A stretch of DNA of 64,000 bases. It comes from an uncultured Fibrobacterota bacterium. GTDB taxonomy: Bacteria > Fibrobacterota > Chitinivibrionia > Chitinivibrionales > CAYFVL01. Location: contig CAYQOU010000006.1 in the NCBI GenBank assembly GCA_964419255.1, positions 1,167-65,166 of the forward strand, written 5' to 3'. How positions within the stretch are numbered: position 1 is the stretch's first letter; each line of letters starts with the position of its first letter. This document shows positions 56,283-64,000 of this stretch, in pieces. A program made the position numbers and the translations under genes. Under the pieces are notes generated by a model. That model had not been told where the DNA came from, did not search any database, and saw only the letters and a list, made by a program, of their open reading frames with translations.

Positions 56283-57011
56283 TTATACACCAATCCCTCC
56301 CAAACTGTCTACTTTTTCCACCAGAGAGTCGATCGCATCGGAAAACTCGAAATAGAGCTGCTCATACCGATTCTTCAGCCGGGCATTTTTTGAGAACAGT
56401 ATTTCGGATAGTACCGAAGGACCAAGACCGTATAAATCTTCAACCTGTGCGACGATATCACTTCTGGAATAAGGGATCTTACGATCTTTCAAAACAACCA
56501 GAGCCTTGAAAACCGGCTCCAACTCTGTGATTAGATCGTACAAAACCTTCTGAATGGCTTTTCCCTCTCCTGCTTGTAATACGTAGTGCTGTCTTAAAGA
56601 AAGTGCGCATTTTCGCAACTCGCGTTCACACAGGAGTCTAATATGTACAGGGCTGAGAGTAACCCCATCTACGACATCGACCCCGAAAACCACCCTGTAA
56701 TTTGCCTGCAAATCCAGATATTCAACAGGGAGAGTATCCAACGAAGATTGAAGCCATTCAGGGGTTATAAAGATTGGAGTCTCGATCCCCCATTTGTTCC
56801 ACTTTTTATGCATCGAAGCGCTGGCGGCAATGGTGGAAAGTTTGGTATCGGTGAGTACTATCGCCAGCTTAACGGCTGATTTCCCAGGAATATACTCATG
56901 AGTGACGGCCGGTCCGTACATGATAACGCTGACAAGCCGTTCGCCAAAAGACTCCTGGCAATCGGAGACAAAAGAATCTACTATTTGATTTGGATTGCGA
57001 ATTTTTTTCAT
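56283..57011 (-). CDS. Hypothetical protein with a degenerate nucleotidyltransferase-like N-terminus and a helical C-terminus
   Basis: LVSVIMYGPAVTHEYIPGKSAVKLAIVLTD aligns by eye with the minimal-NTase pattern hhLFGSxARG...SDxDLhhh. However, Gly-Ser and both Asp residues are substituted. Confidence 0.35.
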   Translation of the reverse strand: MKKIRNPNQIVDSFVSDCQESFGERLVSVIMYGPAVTHEYIPGKSAVKLAIVLTDTKLSTIAASASMHKKWNKWGIETPIFITPEWLQSSLDTLPVEYLDLQANYRVVFGVDVVDGVTLSPVHIRLLCERELRKCALSLRQHYVLQAGEGKAIQKVLYDLITELEPVFKALVVLKDRKIPYSRSDIVAQVEDLYGLGPSVLSEILFSKNARLKNRYEQLYFEFSDAIDSLVEKVDSLGGIGV

Positions 57012-57072
57012 CTAATACTATTCACCAGCTCAAACAATCATATGGTGTATGCTGGTGGTAATGAGGCTGCGA

Positions 57073-57942
57073 TCATTCGGAAAGCCCCTTTTCCAGATCT
57101 GCAATAGACTGATTTATACTGTCCACCTCAGAATAATTCTCACTGCTGATTACGGCTATTTTTCGTGCATACAGCTCAAGCAGCTGATAGTGTTGCGCAC
57201 TAAGATTGATTGGCCGTTCGATAAGCTTGATTATGTGGGTGGCATCCTCTTCGAAACGCTCCCCTAAAAATTTGCGAAACTGTGCTTCTGTAGACTTAAG
57301 CACCGGTTTGTCATTTCTACAGTACAGCATCTGGGGAATATACTCCTTGAGGATCTTCTGTTCAAGCTCCTTTCCTGACAACGCAGGACTAACCTGCGTG
57401 CGCTCAACCTGAAAGATGAGCTGCTCGATTTCACTCTTTACCCGGTCTATCTGCTGCTCTCTGAAACGGGCCTGATAGAGAATGGGAAAAGAGTTTACGC
57501 TGAGGTTGGCATTAGCCACATTTTTAAACATCCCTGTAAAGAAGACATCCCCCTGCTGAGAGATAATCTCCTCCTCCGAATTAAACGGGACGATTTTGGC
57601 CGGCGTTGGAATAAAATCCTGAATATCATCCAGATGATCCATCTTATCTTTGAGTTTCTGAGGATCGAGAGCAGATTCCAGTCCGTCGAGTTTTTCTATA
57701 AACTCGCCCAACCCCTCTTCCAGTGACAGCCCCATCTCCGATTTGAGAAAATCCCGAAGGTTGTTTTGATCCCTATAATTTCCCTGAGCAACAAGCAAAC
57801 CGTTGTGGATCATCGAAGCAATGGGATGCTTTGGCTCCACCACCTCAGAGGGATCCAGATCGACTCTTGCATACACCGTCAGATGACCATCAAGGTTGTG
57901 AGGATCGCCTTTTTTCTGAACTATGCCCATAAAGCTCATCAT
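57073..57942 (-). CDS. Hypothetical cytoplasmic protein (289 aa, acidic, helical C-terminal half)
   Basis: Clean ORF abutting the upstream stop (TAA|ATG). I recognise no motif. Confidence 0.5.
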   Translation of the reverse strand: MMSFMGIVQKKGDPHNLDGHLTVYARVDLDPSEVVEPKHPIASMIHNGLLVAQGNYRDQNNLRDFLKSEMGLSLEEGLGEFIEKLDGLESALDPQKLKDKMDHLDDIQDFIPTPAKIVPFNSEEEIISQQGDVFFTGMFKNVANANLSVNSFPILYQARFREQQIDRVKSEIEQLIFQVERTQVSPALSGKELEQKILKEYIPQMLYCRNDKPVLKSTEAQFRKFLGERFEEDATHIIKLIERPINLSAQHYQLLELYARKIAVISSENYSEVDSINQSIADLEKGLSE

Positions 57943-58788
57943 TTACTCTCCTGAGTTGTTTGCGGATACCTCATCCGGATTTACTCCAGTGGCTCTGATA
58001 GCACGAAACAAAACCACTGAAGAGATAATTAAAGCCGCCTGCCCCGTCCATGCCATGGAGGTCATGGAAAGAGCCTCCAGAATGTTGGCTACCGCTATGG
58101 AGCTTATTGCAAAGGAGGCAATTTTTACCGAATACACAAGATCTCTTCTTCCGTTTCTGAATATATATGCTGCAATAGCGAGAAAAAATAGTGCAAAAAG
58201 AATGTCTCTTCCGCTCTTCAGCATATGGGAAATAATAAAAAAGAACGAAACCGCAACAATATTGCTCTCCAGAAAAGATTCTATTTCCTCAGAGGTAAAG
58301 TATATCTGGCCCTTGTCGCCAAAAAGATCGGTGTATTCGATCGGAATGGTTCCAGCCCCGTTACTAAACTCCACTCTCCTGCGCATCAGGCGAATAGTAT
58401 TCCTATTCGGATTCGGCCCCTTCCGCGATTGCGCACGCGTATCGACTACCAGAGAGGAATCACCTACATTTACATACTCCATCGGTACTGCGCCAAGAAA
58501 TGCCACCAAATCACGCACATAGTTTCCTGGTGGGGTGTATAAATCATCGGTTTCGGAAACAAGTTCACCATTGCGTAGCGACACACCCTGCAGAACTCTT
58601 GAAAAAAGATACGGTAGTCCGGTTTCTGTATCGAATGCCTGCCAGGTATGCACGGCACCTTCAACCAATGCAGTCAGGATAATCAGCCGCACAACATACC
58701 ATAATACCTTCATGCCGGAAAACGAGATTATCTTCCGGTAAAAAAACGGCGAAACAATGCTTTCATGGATCTGTTTGAAAAAATTCAC
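57943..58788 (-). CDS. DUF1189 (YvdJ-like) family membrane protein
   Basis: MNFFKQIHESIVSPFFYRKIISFSGMKVLWYVVRLIILTAL is the typical DUF1189 N-terminus. A soluble loop follows, then three or four C-terminal TM helices. Confidence 0.6.
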   Translation of the reverse strand: MNFFKQIHESIVSPFFYRKIISFSGMKVLWYVVRLIILTALVEGAVHTWQAFDTETGLPYLFSRVLQGVSLRNGELVSETDDLYTPPGNYVRDLVAFLGAVPMEYVNVGDSSLVVDTRAQSRKGPNPNRNTIRLMRRRVEFSNGAGTIPIEYTDLFGDKGQIYFTSEEIESFLESNIVAVSFFFIISHMLKSGRDILFALFFLAIAAYIFRNGRRDLVYSVKIASFAISSIAVANILEALSMTSMAWTGQAALIISSVVLFRAIRATGVNPDEVSANNSGE

Positions 58789-59056
58789 TGTGTCGTTATC
58801 CCGAGTTGGCTATTTTTATCCTGCAAAGGTGAATCTATCCTATTGATACTTCGTCTATAAAGGGAATTGTATTGCGCCCCGAAAAATTCAAAATAGTACA
58901 TTCGCACGCGTTTTGTATCCCCTGATTCTTTCATTAAAATAGAAGATGGCGCAAAATGAGAGAGAATGATATGCCGGAATAAGAAAATTCGCAAATCGAA
59001 ACCCGCACGACTGTATTTTCTTATTACTATCTTTTTCGGATCACGGGAGCAGACTG

Positions 59057-59581
59057 ATGGCAAAAAAAGCAGCATTTTTCTTGATCGTTTTACTTCACCT
59101 TGCAGGATGTCGGGAAGAGAACGTACAGAACAGTTCTCAACAAACCACAGCACAAACCGGGGAAGATGTCTCTGCGCAAACCGATTCGGCTCGCCGGCAG
59201 GATTACGACTCTCTCATATACGCCCTTGCAGCACTGGAGGGAGAAATTATGCGTCATCCAACTGATACCAATCTGCGAAAACGTTTCCTTAAACTCTCTT
59301 TTGATACACTCAAGGGTGGATTCATGGTTGTCGGGATGGGGCTAACAAAACCGGACTCATCAACCACTGATGCCCTTCTGGCCCAAAAAGCATCCAAAAA
59401 AACCTCTCTTAGATGGGCCCTATACGCAAAAGCCTGGCATACGAATCACATGATAGCGTTCGGTACCCCGATATCCGGTGACATAGCCTACCACCAGAGC
59501 CTTTTGACAACCGTGCGTGATGATACGACTTTTCAGCTGACTTTCGTGCCGCTGGGAAGTATTCGTATAAAGGCTGATTGA
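59057..59581 (+). CDS. Hypothetical lipoprotein
   Basis: Lipobox in MAKKAAFFLIVLLHLAGCREE; 174 aa with no other motif. Confidence 0.55.
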   Translation: MAKKAAFFLIVLLHLAGCREENVQNSSQQTTAQTGEDVSAQTDSARRQDYDSLIYALAALEGEIMRHPTDTNLRKRFLKLSFDTLKGGFMVVGMGLTKPDSSTTDALLAQKASKKTSLRWALYAKAWHTNHMIAFGTPISGDIAYHQSLLTTVRDDTTFQLTFVPLGSIRIKAD

Positions 59582-59761
59582 AAAGGTTCAAAGGCTTTGT
59601 CCCCGTGGAACTCAATGGCATGACTTTTGTACAATCTGGATTCGTTCGGATGTTATTCATACACATTGCCCATACCCATTCGGGCATGGAAACTGAGTTC
59701 ACGCAGCAGAATTCGGTCTCTGATCAGAAACATACGTAAGGAGCATAGAGGAAGCATTAAC

Positions 59762-60229
59762 ATGGCTCAGAAACAAACCTCCCGGAGCAGATCCGGGGTC
59801 TTCCCGCTAATCGGCGAGGGCCGTTGGGCAAAAACCGTACTAATCACATCAAGGAGTGCAAAGACATGGATTCTTCCCAAAGGCCGTGTCGAGGCCGATA
59901 TGACTCCCCAGCAATCCGCCCTCAAAGAGGCGCTGGAGGAAGCCGGAATAACCGGAACACTCCTATCAAACGCCCCACTGGGATCGTATACCGCCTGTAA
60001 ATCCGGAAGAAAGCATCCGATCGACATCTACCCAATGGCGGTGGATGAAATCTTGGATAACTGGCCGGAGAAAAACATCAGAAGCCGTAGGATTGTGAGC
60101 CTGAATGAAGCCCTTACATTGATTTCCAACCCTTCACTGTGCAAAATCGTGCACCGGGGTTTTGCCGGTATACATCGTCACCAGTCGAGCAGGAGGGCGT
60201 TGCCAAATGATCAGTGTAAGAATAGATAA
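59762..60229 (+). CDS. NUDIX-family hydrolase (partly degenerate Nudix box)
   Basis: WILPKGRVEADMTPQQSALKEALEEAGITG. The box has Lys for Arg and Met for the first Glu. Track start is 59627; ATG 59762 follows AGGAGCATAGAGGAAG. Confidence 0.65.
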   Translation: MAQKQTSRSRSGVFPLIGEGRWAKTVLITSRSAKTWILPKGRVEADMTPQQSALKEALEEAGITGTLLSNAPLGSYTACKSGRKHPIDIYPMAVDEILDNWPEKNIRSRRIVSLNEALTLISNPSLCKIVHRGFAGIHRHQSSRRALPNDQCKNR

Positions 60230-60462
60230 ACGGCACTTAAATGTGCATCGACACGATCTGCTCTGCCGGACACTTGTCATAAGATTTGTACTCGGCTCTT
60301 TTGTCCACATCCGCCAACTGCCGGTTGTCGTAAGAATTCAGACAAATGGCACTATCAGCAGATTGTGGATCATCGATTACACACGTCTTATTCAAGCGGT
60401 AGCAATCACTTTACCCGTACTGTTATTTTGTCTGACTCACCTGCACCGAAAAGAGGTTTCAT

Positions 60463-60882
60463 ATGGAAAGTAACCACAAGGGGTTCAAAGCATTTCGGGT
60501 TGATGGAGAGAAAGTGATGGAGATATTACAGGATATGGCTTCCATCGCAAAGCCGTCCGGTGCATTTGGCGAACCGACCACAGCCGGTGAGTATACCGTT
60601 ATTCCCGCCGCAGAGGTAAGCACTTCACTGGGGGCCGGCTTCGGCTACGGCTCTTGTTCGCCCCACGGCTCTCATCACAACCAGGACACCAATCCGTGCG
60701 GTGGCGGAGGCGGGGGGGGTGGTGGAATAAGCATGGCCCGGCCAGTTGCTTCGATTGCAATCGGCCCCCACGGCGTTTCAGTAAATCCGATAATCGATTT
60801 TACCAAAATAGGGCTGGCACTCATCACCGCATTTGGAAGCGTGCTGCTTATAATGGGAAAGATAGCCAAAACGGTTAAGTAA
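60463..60882 (+). CDS. GerW/YtfJ-family protein with a poly-Gly linker and a C-terminal hydrophobic helix
   Basis: EYTVIPAAEVSTSLGAGFGYG...CGGGGGGGGGISMARPVASIAIGPHGVSVNPI matches the family pattern (VIPV.KVSFGFG.GGG...PVA.lvi...v). Confidence 0.65.
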   Translation: MESNHKGFKAFRVDGEKVMEILQDMASIAKPSGAFGEPTTAGEYTVIPAAEVSTSLGAGFGYGSCSPHGSHHNQDTNPCGGGGGGGGGISMARPVASIAIGPHGVSVNPIIDFTKIGLALITAFGSVLLIMGKIAKTVK

Positions 60883-60924
60883 ACAGATCGACACGGGAGC
60901 TGCTTTAAAAAACTCCGGCAAGCC

Positions 60925-60944
60925 ACCTTTGTTTCCAAAGGTGA
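60925..60944. terminator. Hairpin between convergent genes (candidate bidirectional terminator)
   Basis: CACCTTTG-tttc-CAAAGGTG, a perfect 8-bp stem. Flanking T/A runs are weak. Confidence 0.45.
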
Positions 60945-60963
60945 TGATTCGAAAGTCTTTTCA

Positions 60964-63651
60964 CTATAACCGGAAGGCTGTTTTGATCCCCAATGTAAAC
61001 GCAAACCCTTCCCCTATGATTTCCCTTTTTTTCATGTCTTCATCCCAGTAATAATCCTTTACGACAGCCCCCTTGAAAGCACTTTCGACCCCGGTATATA
61101 CATCCCAGCGGTAAAAATACCTATGCTCGATATTTTTAATGCTGATCTGGGCCTTGAAACGGCCTCCAATTTGTTGATTGAGTCTTTGATAGTCGTGTGA
61201 AGAAAAATCATAGTAGTAATTCCCGTCACGAATGAAACCATGCAAATTCAGGCTGACGATCTCCTCCAAAAAAGATGCACGAACACCACATTTGACAGTA
61301 TAGGGAATCTCCCACTCGTAGATATCTTTCTCTGAGGTCCCCTTTCTGTGCGCATCCATAAAACTCAGCTGCAGATATGTACTCAGCCAGTCGGAAGGAA
61401 CAATATCAACTTGGGCATCGATTCCCTTTGCAAGCAGCCCGCCGGGTAGTTTTTCTTCCCACGTAAAGGTAGCCGGATCGAGTCGCGGGACCTTATCCTG
61501 AATTCGAAGGTAGGGCTCGAGGTGAATATGAAGCCATGGCAGGCCGGTGTAGAGTAACTTCAACGAACCGATGTATGACTTCATACGGAGCTGTTGCATT
61601 TTTTTGTCAGGAAGACCTCTGTAATCCGGATACACGGAAACCAGACCGGAAGATGCCCCGACAGTTAAGCCATAATCACTCCATTCAGCCGATATCCCCG
61701 GATCACAGCTAAAATCGAGGTTCTCATCAGTAATCCTGCCGCCCCCCACCAGACGAGCGCCAAAGGACAACTTCTTGTGCTCATACTCCAAACTCCCGTG
61801 CAGATGCCCACTGTATCTGCGGCTTTCTCTGTCGACTGCTGTATCCAAGCCCCTCAAGTCGCGTTGTTTGAGTTGCCCCTGCCAGAGTTCATGATCGATT
61901 CGCCCCCGAAGAGAATATTTCAGATTTCCGCATCTTCTCTCACGCATCTCCCCCATGATCATCGCATTGGTTAAGTAAGTTTTGTTAAGAAAAGCATTTA
62001 TTCCATTTCGTTTTCCTTCCACAAAATACTGCCGTCCCCCACCGACGGATATCTTTAGGTTTTCGATTTTTCGCGGCTCGATCTGCATGCTTGCCATCCC
62101 CCATGGAATAGTTTCATCGGCCCGACGGACCTCAAAGGGATCAGACTCAACACCCTCGAATCTGTTGTACGAATCCCAGGCAAACCAGACGAAGGTGTTT
62201 AGCTCTGCATTATCGGACGGAAATTTCCAGTTGGCTGTCAGGTCTCCAAAACCAATCGGATACCCAATACCCGTAAGGGCATCTTCAGACAAATTATATC
62301 GATTTCTGTTCCATTTCAGCATGTATGCGTTAGCACCCTTAAAACCAAGCTGTAAAGAGTGTCCGGGTATTTTCCTTGTCTTAAAAGATACCAAAATATC
62401 CGCGCCCGTATCTGAAAAGTCAATAACAACCTGCGGCCTGGCATATTTACCACTTCGCAGCGCCCTTGACACATCAGGATCGGCTTCAATGACCACACCG
62501 CTGATAGAGGGGTAATACCCGGCGACACTGTTTACTACGACATCCATATGGTTGAGCGATACAACCGTCAGTGCATCGATTTCTCCAAATGAGTATCCCC
62601 CGAAGTGAAATGGTGCGCTAAATGGAACACCTCTGATGAGATACATGTTATCATAGGGACTTCCGCCCCGAACCACCATTGCACTTTTGGATTTTATGCT
62701 TCTGTTTATCACCGGTTGAGCCTGAAGTATTTCACTGACACTATGGGTCAATCCGATGAACTTATCAGATTCGTCAATGACTACTTGTTCTTCTCCTGAC
62801 TCTAATTGTCCCTGCACAACTATTTCATATTTCTCGCTCTCAGGCACATATTCTTCCATAAAGAATTTTTTCTGAGCGGTTGACGATTCTTTTATATCAA
62901 TTGCGGTTTTTTGCGTCCGGTATCCCGGAGAAATGACACCGATGTATATGCGACCTGGCGGCAAGAGACGAAAATCGAAGTATCCGTTTGAATCGGAATG
63001 TGTCGAAAAAAGACCGTTGGAAAAAGACTGTCCGGGAATCTCATCCGCCAGTTTAAAAAATTCCTCATACCCTGTCGAGATGGTCGTATCTACTGTGGTG
63101 TCGATATACTGCAGGTTAATACGCGCTCCCCCGATTGGCTCTCCGGTCTGCTCACCAATGACTGTGCCGCACAATTGAGGCGATGACATACTAAATGTCT
63201 TTGCCATTTGTGTCGGTTCGTAATCGATTTCGAAGCGTATGATCGAAGCAACAGGCTTTCCTTGTTCATAAGCTGGCGAAAACAAGGAATTCTTTACATG
63301 GTATGAAGACAGCGAATCCAGCAGGGGATCGATATGTGTTATAAGGCTGCAGCTTTCAACCATTCCACTGTCATCTATATACGCTTTTACTACAGATTTG
63401 CCTTGAAGCCCTCTTTTGAGGGCGATCAGTGGTATACTGTAGTCCGGTTCACGAACAAGCACCGGTGCAATATGTAGACTGGTATCGGCAGAAAGGCTAT
63501 CCACCCGGTGTTGCTGTGCGTTTGACAATGATGGGGTGGATAGGAATGCGAAGGAAAATAAAAAAATTAAACATCGTATGCGCACACTATCACAAAATAA
63601 GCTCAGGGGTATATTCACTTTTAAGGTAGCTAAATTGGCGGAGCAGTGCAT
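60964..63651 (-). CDS. TonB-dependent-receptor-like outer-membrane protein with N-terminal TonB_C-like and carboxypeptidase-regulatory-like domains
   Basis: TonB_C-like: LKRGLQGKSVVKAYIDDSGMVESCSLI...FSPAYEQGKPVASIIRFEIDY. CarbPepD_reg-like: CGTVIGEQTGEPIGGARINLQY...GYFDFRLLPPGRIYIGVISPGYR. Plug: MVVRGGSPYDNMYLIRGVPF. Long barrel ending GIKTAFRL. GTG 63585 gives a cleaner signal peptide (MRIRCLIFLFSFAFLSTPSLSNA). Confidence 0.75.
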   Translation of the reverse strand: MHCSANLATLKVNIPLSLFCDSVRIRCLIFLFSFAFLSTPSLSNAQQHRVDSLSADTSLHIAPVLVREPDYSIPLIALKRGLQGKSVVKAYIDDSGMVESCSLITHIDPLLDSLSSYHVKNSLFSPAYEQGKPVASIIRFEIDYEPTQMAKTFSMSSPQLCGTVIGEQTGEPIGGARINLQYIDTTVDTTISTGYEEFFKLADEIPGQSFSNGLFSTHSDSNGYFDFRLLPPGRIYIGVISPGYRTQKTAIDIKESSTAQKKFFMEEYVPESEKYEIVVQGQLESGEEQVVIDESDKFIGLTHSVSEILQAQPVINRSIKSKSAMVVRGGSPYDNMYLIRGVPFSAPFHFGGYSFGEIDALTVVSLNHMDVVVNSVAGYYPSISGVVIEADPDVSRALRSGKYARPQVVIDFSDTGADILVSFKTRKIPGHSLQLGFKGANAYMLKWNRNRYNLSEDALTGIGYPIGFGDLTANWKFPSDNAELNTFVWFAWDSYNRFEGVESDPFEVRRADETIPWGMASMQIEPRKIENLKISVGGGRQYFVEGKRNGINAFLNKTYLTNAMIMGEMRERRCGNLKYSLRGRIDHELWQGQLKQRDLRGLDTAVDRESRRYSGHLHGSLEYEHKKLSFGARLVGGGRITDENLDFSCDPGISAEWSDYGLTVGASSGLVSVYPDYRGLPDKKMQQLRMKSYIGSLKLLYTGLPWLHIHLEPYLRIQDKVPRLDPATFTWEEKLPGGLLAKGIDAQVDIVPSDWLSTYLQLSFMDAHRKGTSEKDIYEWEIPYTVKCGVRASFLEEIVSLNLHGFIRDGNYYYDFSSHDYQRLNQQIGGRFKAQISIKNIEHRYFYRWDVYTGVESAFKGAVVKDYYWDEDMKKREIIGEGFAFTLGIKTAFRL

Positions 63652-63800
63652 GCAGTTCCTTAGCTGTTATTCATACAATTTTCACACTCTCTCTCAACCT
63701 AAGTGTTCAGTATTCGCTCCGGTAAAAAGATTATTTGAAATAGTGTTAATGCACAGTTTTTATATACCACCGGGTGCATGCATGATTCCACCAGTCTTAC

Positions 63801-63998
63801 TTACTTTCGCCTGCCGCGTTTTCTGACAGGTTTTCTCGGTCGCCCTCCCCTGGAGGGCTGATACGATTCGACTTCCCTGCGGTCCAAAAGAGCCCTTCCG
63901 ACGCCTTCGTAAACGGTAAACCTTTTCCGTTTAACCAGAGTGGACATGGTCTGCCGGGTAACATTACGAAGCCGTGCGGCCTGAGAGATTGTAATCAA
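63801..63998 (-). CDS. Small excisionase/MerR-like helix-turn-helix protein with a basic tail (may extend beyond the right window edge)
   Basis: ITISQAARLRNVTRQTMSTLVKRKRFTVYEGVGRALLDRREVESY, then RGGRPRKPVRKRGRRK. The listed start is a TTG 2 nt from the window end. Confidence 0.45.
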   Translation of the reverse strand: MITISQAARLRNVTRQTMSTLVKRKRFTVYEGVGRALLDRREVESYQPSRGGRPRKPVRKRGRRK

Positions 63999-64000
63999 AT

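Noticed and set aside
1-64000. A search for CRISPR arrays, tRNA/rRNA genes, transposases, integrases and recognisable defence systems.
   Set aside because: I saw no spaced direct repeats, no tRNA T-arm consensus (GGTTCGAATCC or its complement) outside coding frames, and no transposase or integrase motifs among the listed ORFs. The one GGATTCGAGC match (about 18118) is inside the OM barrel gene.

Overview
Gene-dense chromosomal window (about 50 CDS) from a diderm, probably anaerobic bacterium. This is inferred from TonB-dependent receptors, an OM beta-barrel, ThiH-type thiazole synthesis, a split glycine decarboxylase and a LarE-like enzyme; I cannot assign a phylum. I found no rRNA, tRNA, CRISPR array, transposase or integrase by eye.

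Content, left to right:
- A cobalamin riboswitch, then a plug-only TonB-receptor fragment, then cobQ (runs off the left edge).
- A CPA2 antiporter with a C-terminal EIIA-like domain.
- A minus-strand operon of a single-module NRPS (C-A-T-SDR) + pabA + a pabB-pabC fusion.
- Two tandem paralogous hybrid histidine kinases.
- EamA transporter, OM beta-barrel, WrbA, a guanylate-kinase-like/CHAD gene pair, YyaL/DUF255 and LdhA.
- A long minus-strand sulfur block: metA paralogue-thiS-thiG-thiH, then Rrf2-cysK-metY-metA-cysE-thiF-larE-like.
- topA, more hybrid kinases, and a REC-RsbW-like fusion coupled to an RluA-type pseudouridine synthase.
- comEC, a decayed DJ-1/PfpI pseudogene, and the gcvT-H-PA-PB operon.
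- A three-gene operon of unknown function, a GerW/YtfJ homologue, and a TonB_C-fused TonB-dependent receptor.

Most interesting:
1. The NRPS-pab operon. Its adenylation domain lacks the alpha-amino-binding Asp (A4 motif F-A-V-S-V-K-E) and its C-terminal domain looks like a FabI/FabL-type (Y-x6-K) reductase.
2. The sulfur block, where a three-Cys LarE-like PP-loop enzyme sits next to ThiF and a second MetA heads thiSGH with no recognisable TPP riboswitch.
3. A 143-bp structured element closed by a perfect 16-bp inverted repeat.

All functional calls rest on motif recognition by eye; no database search was run.
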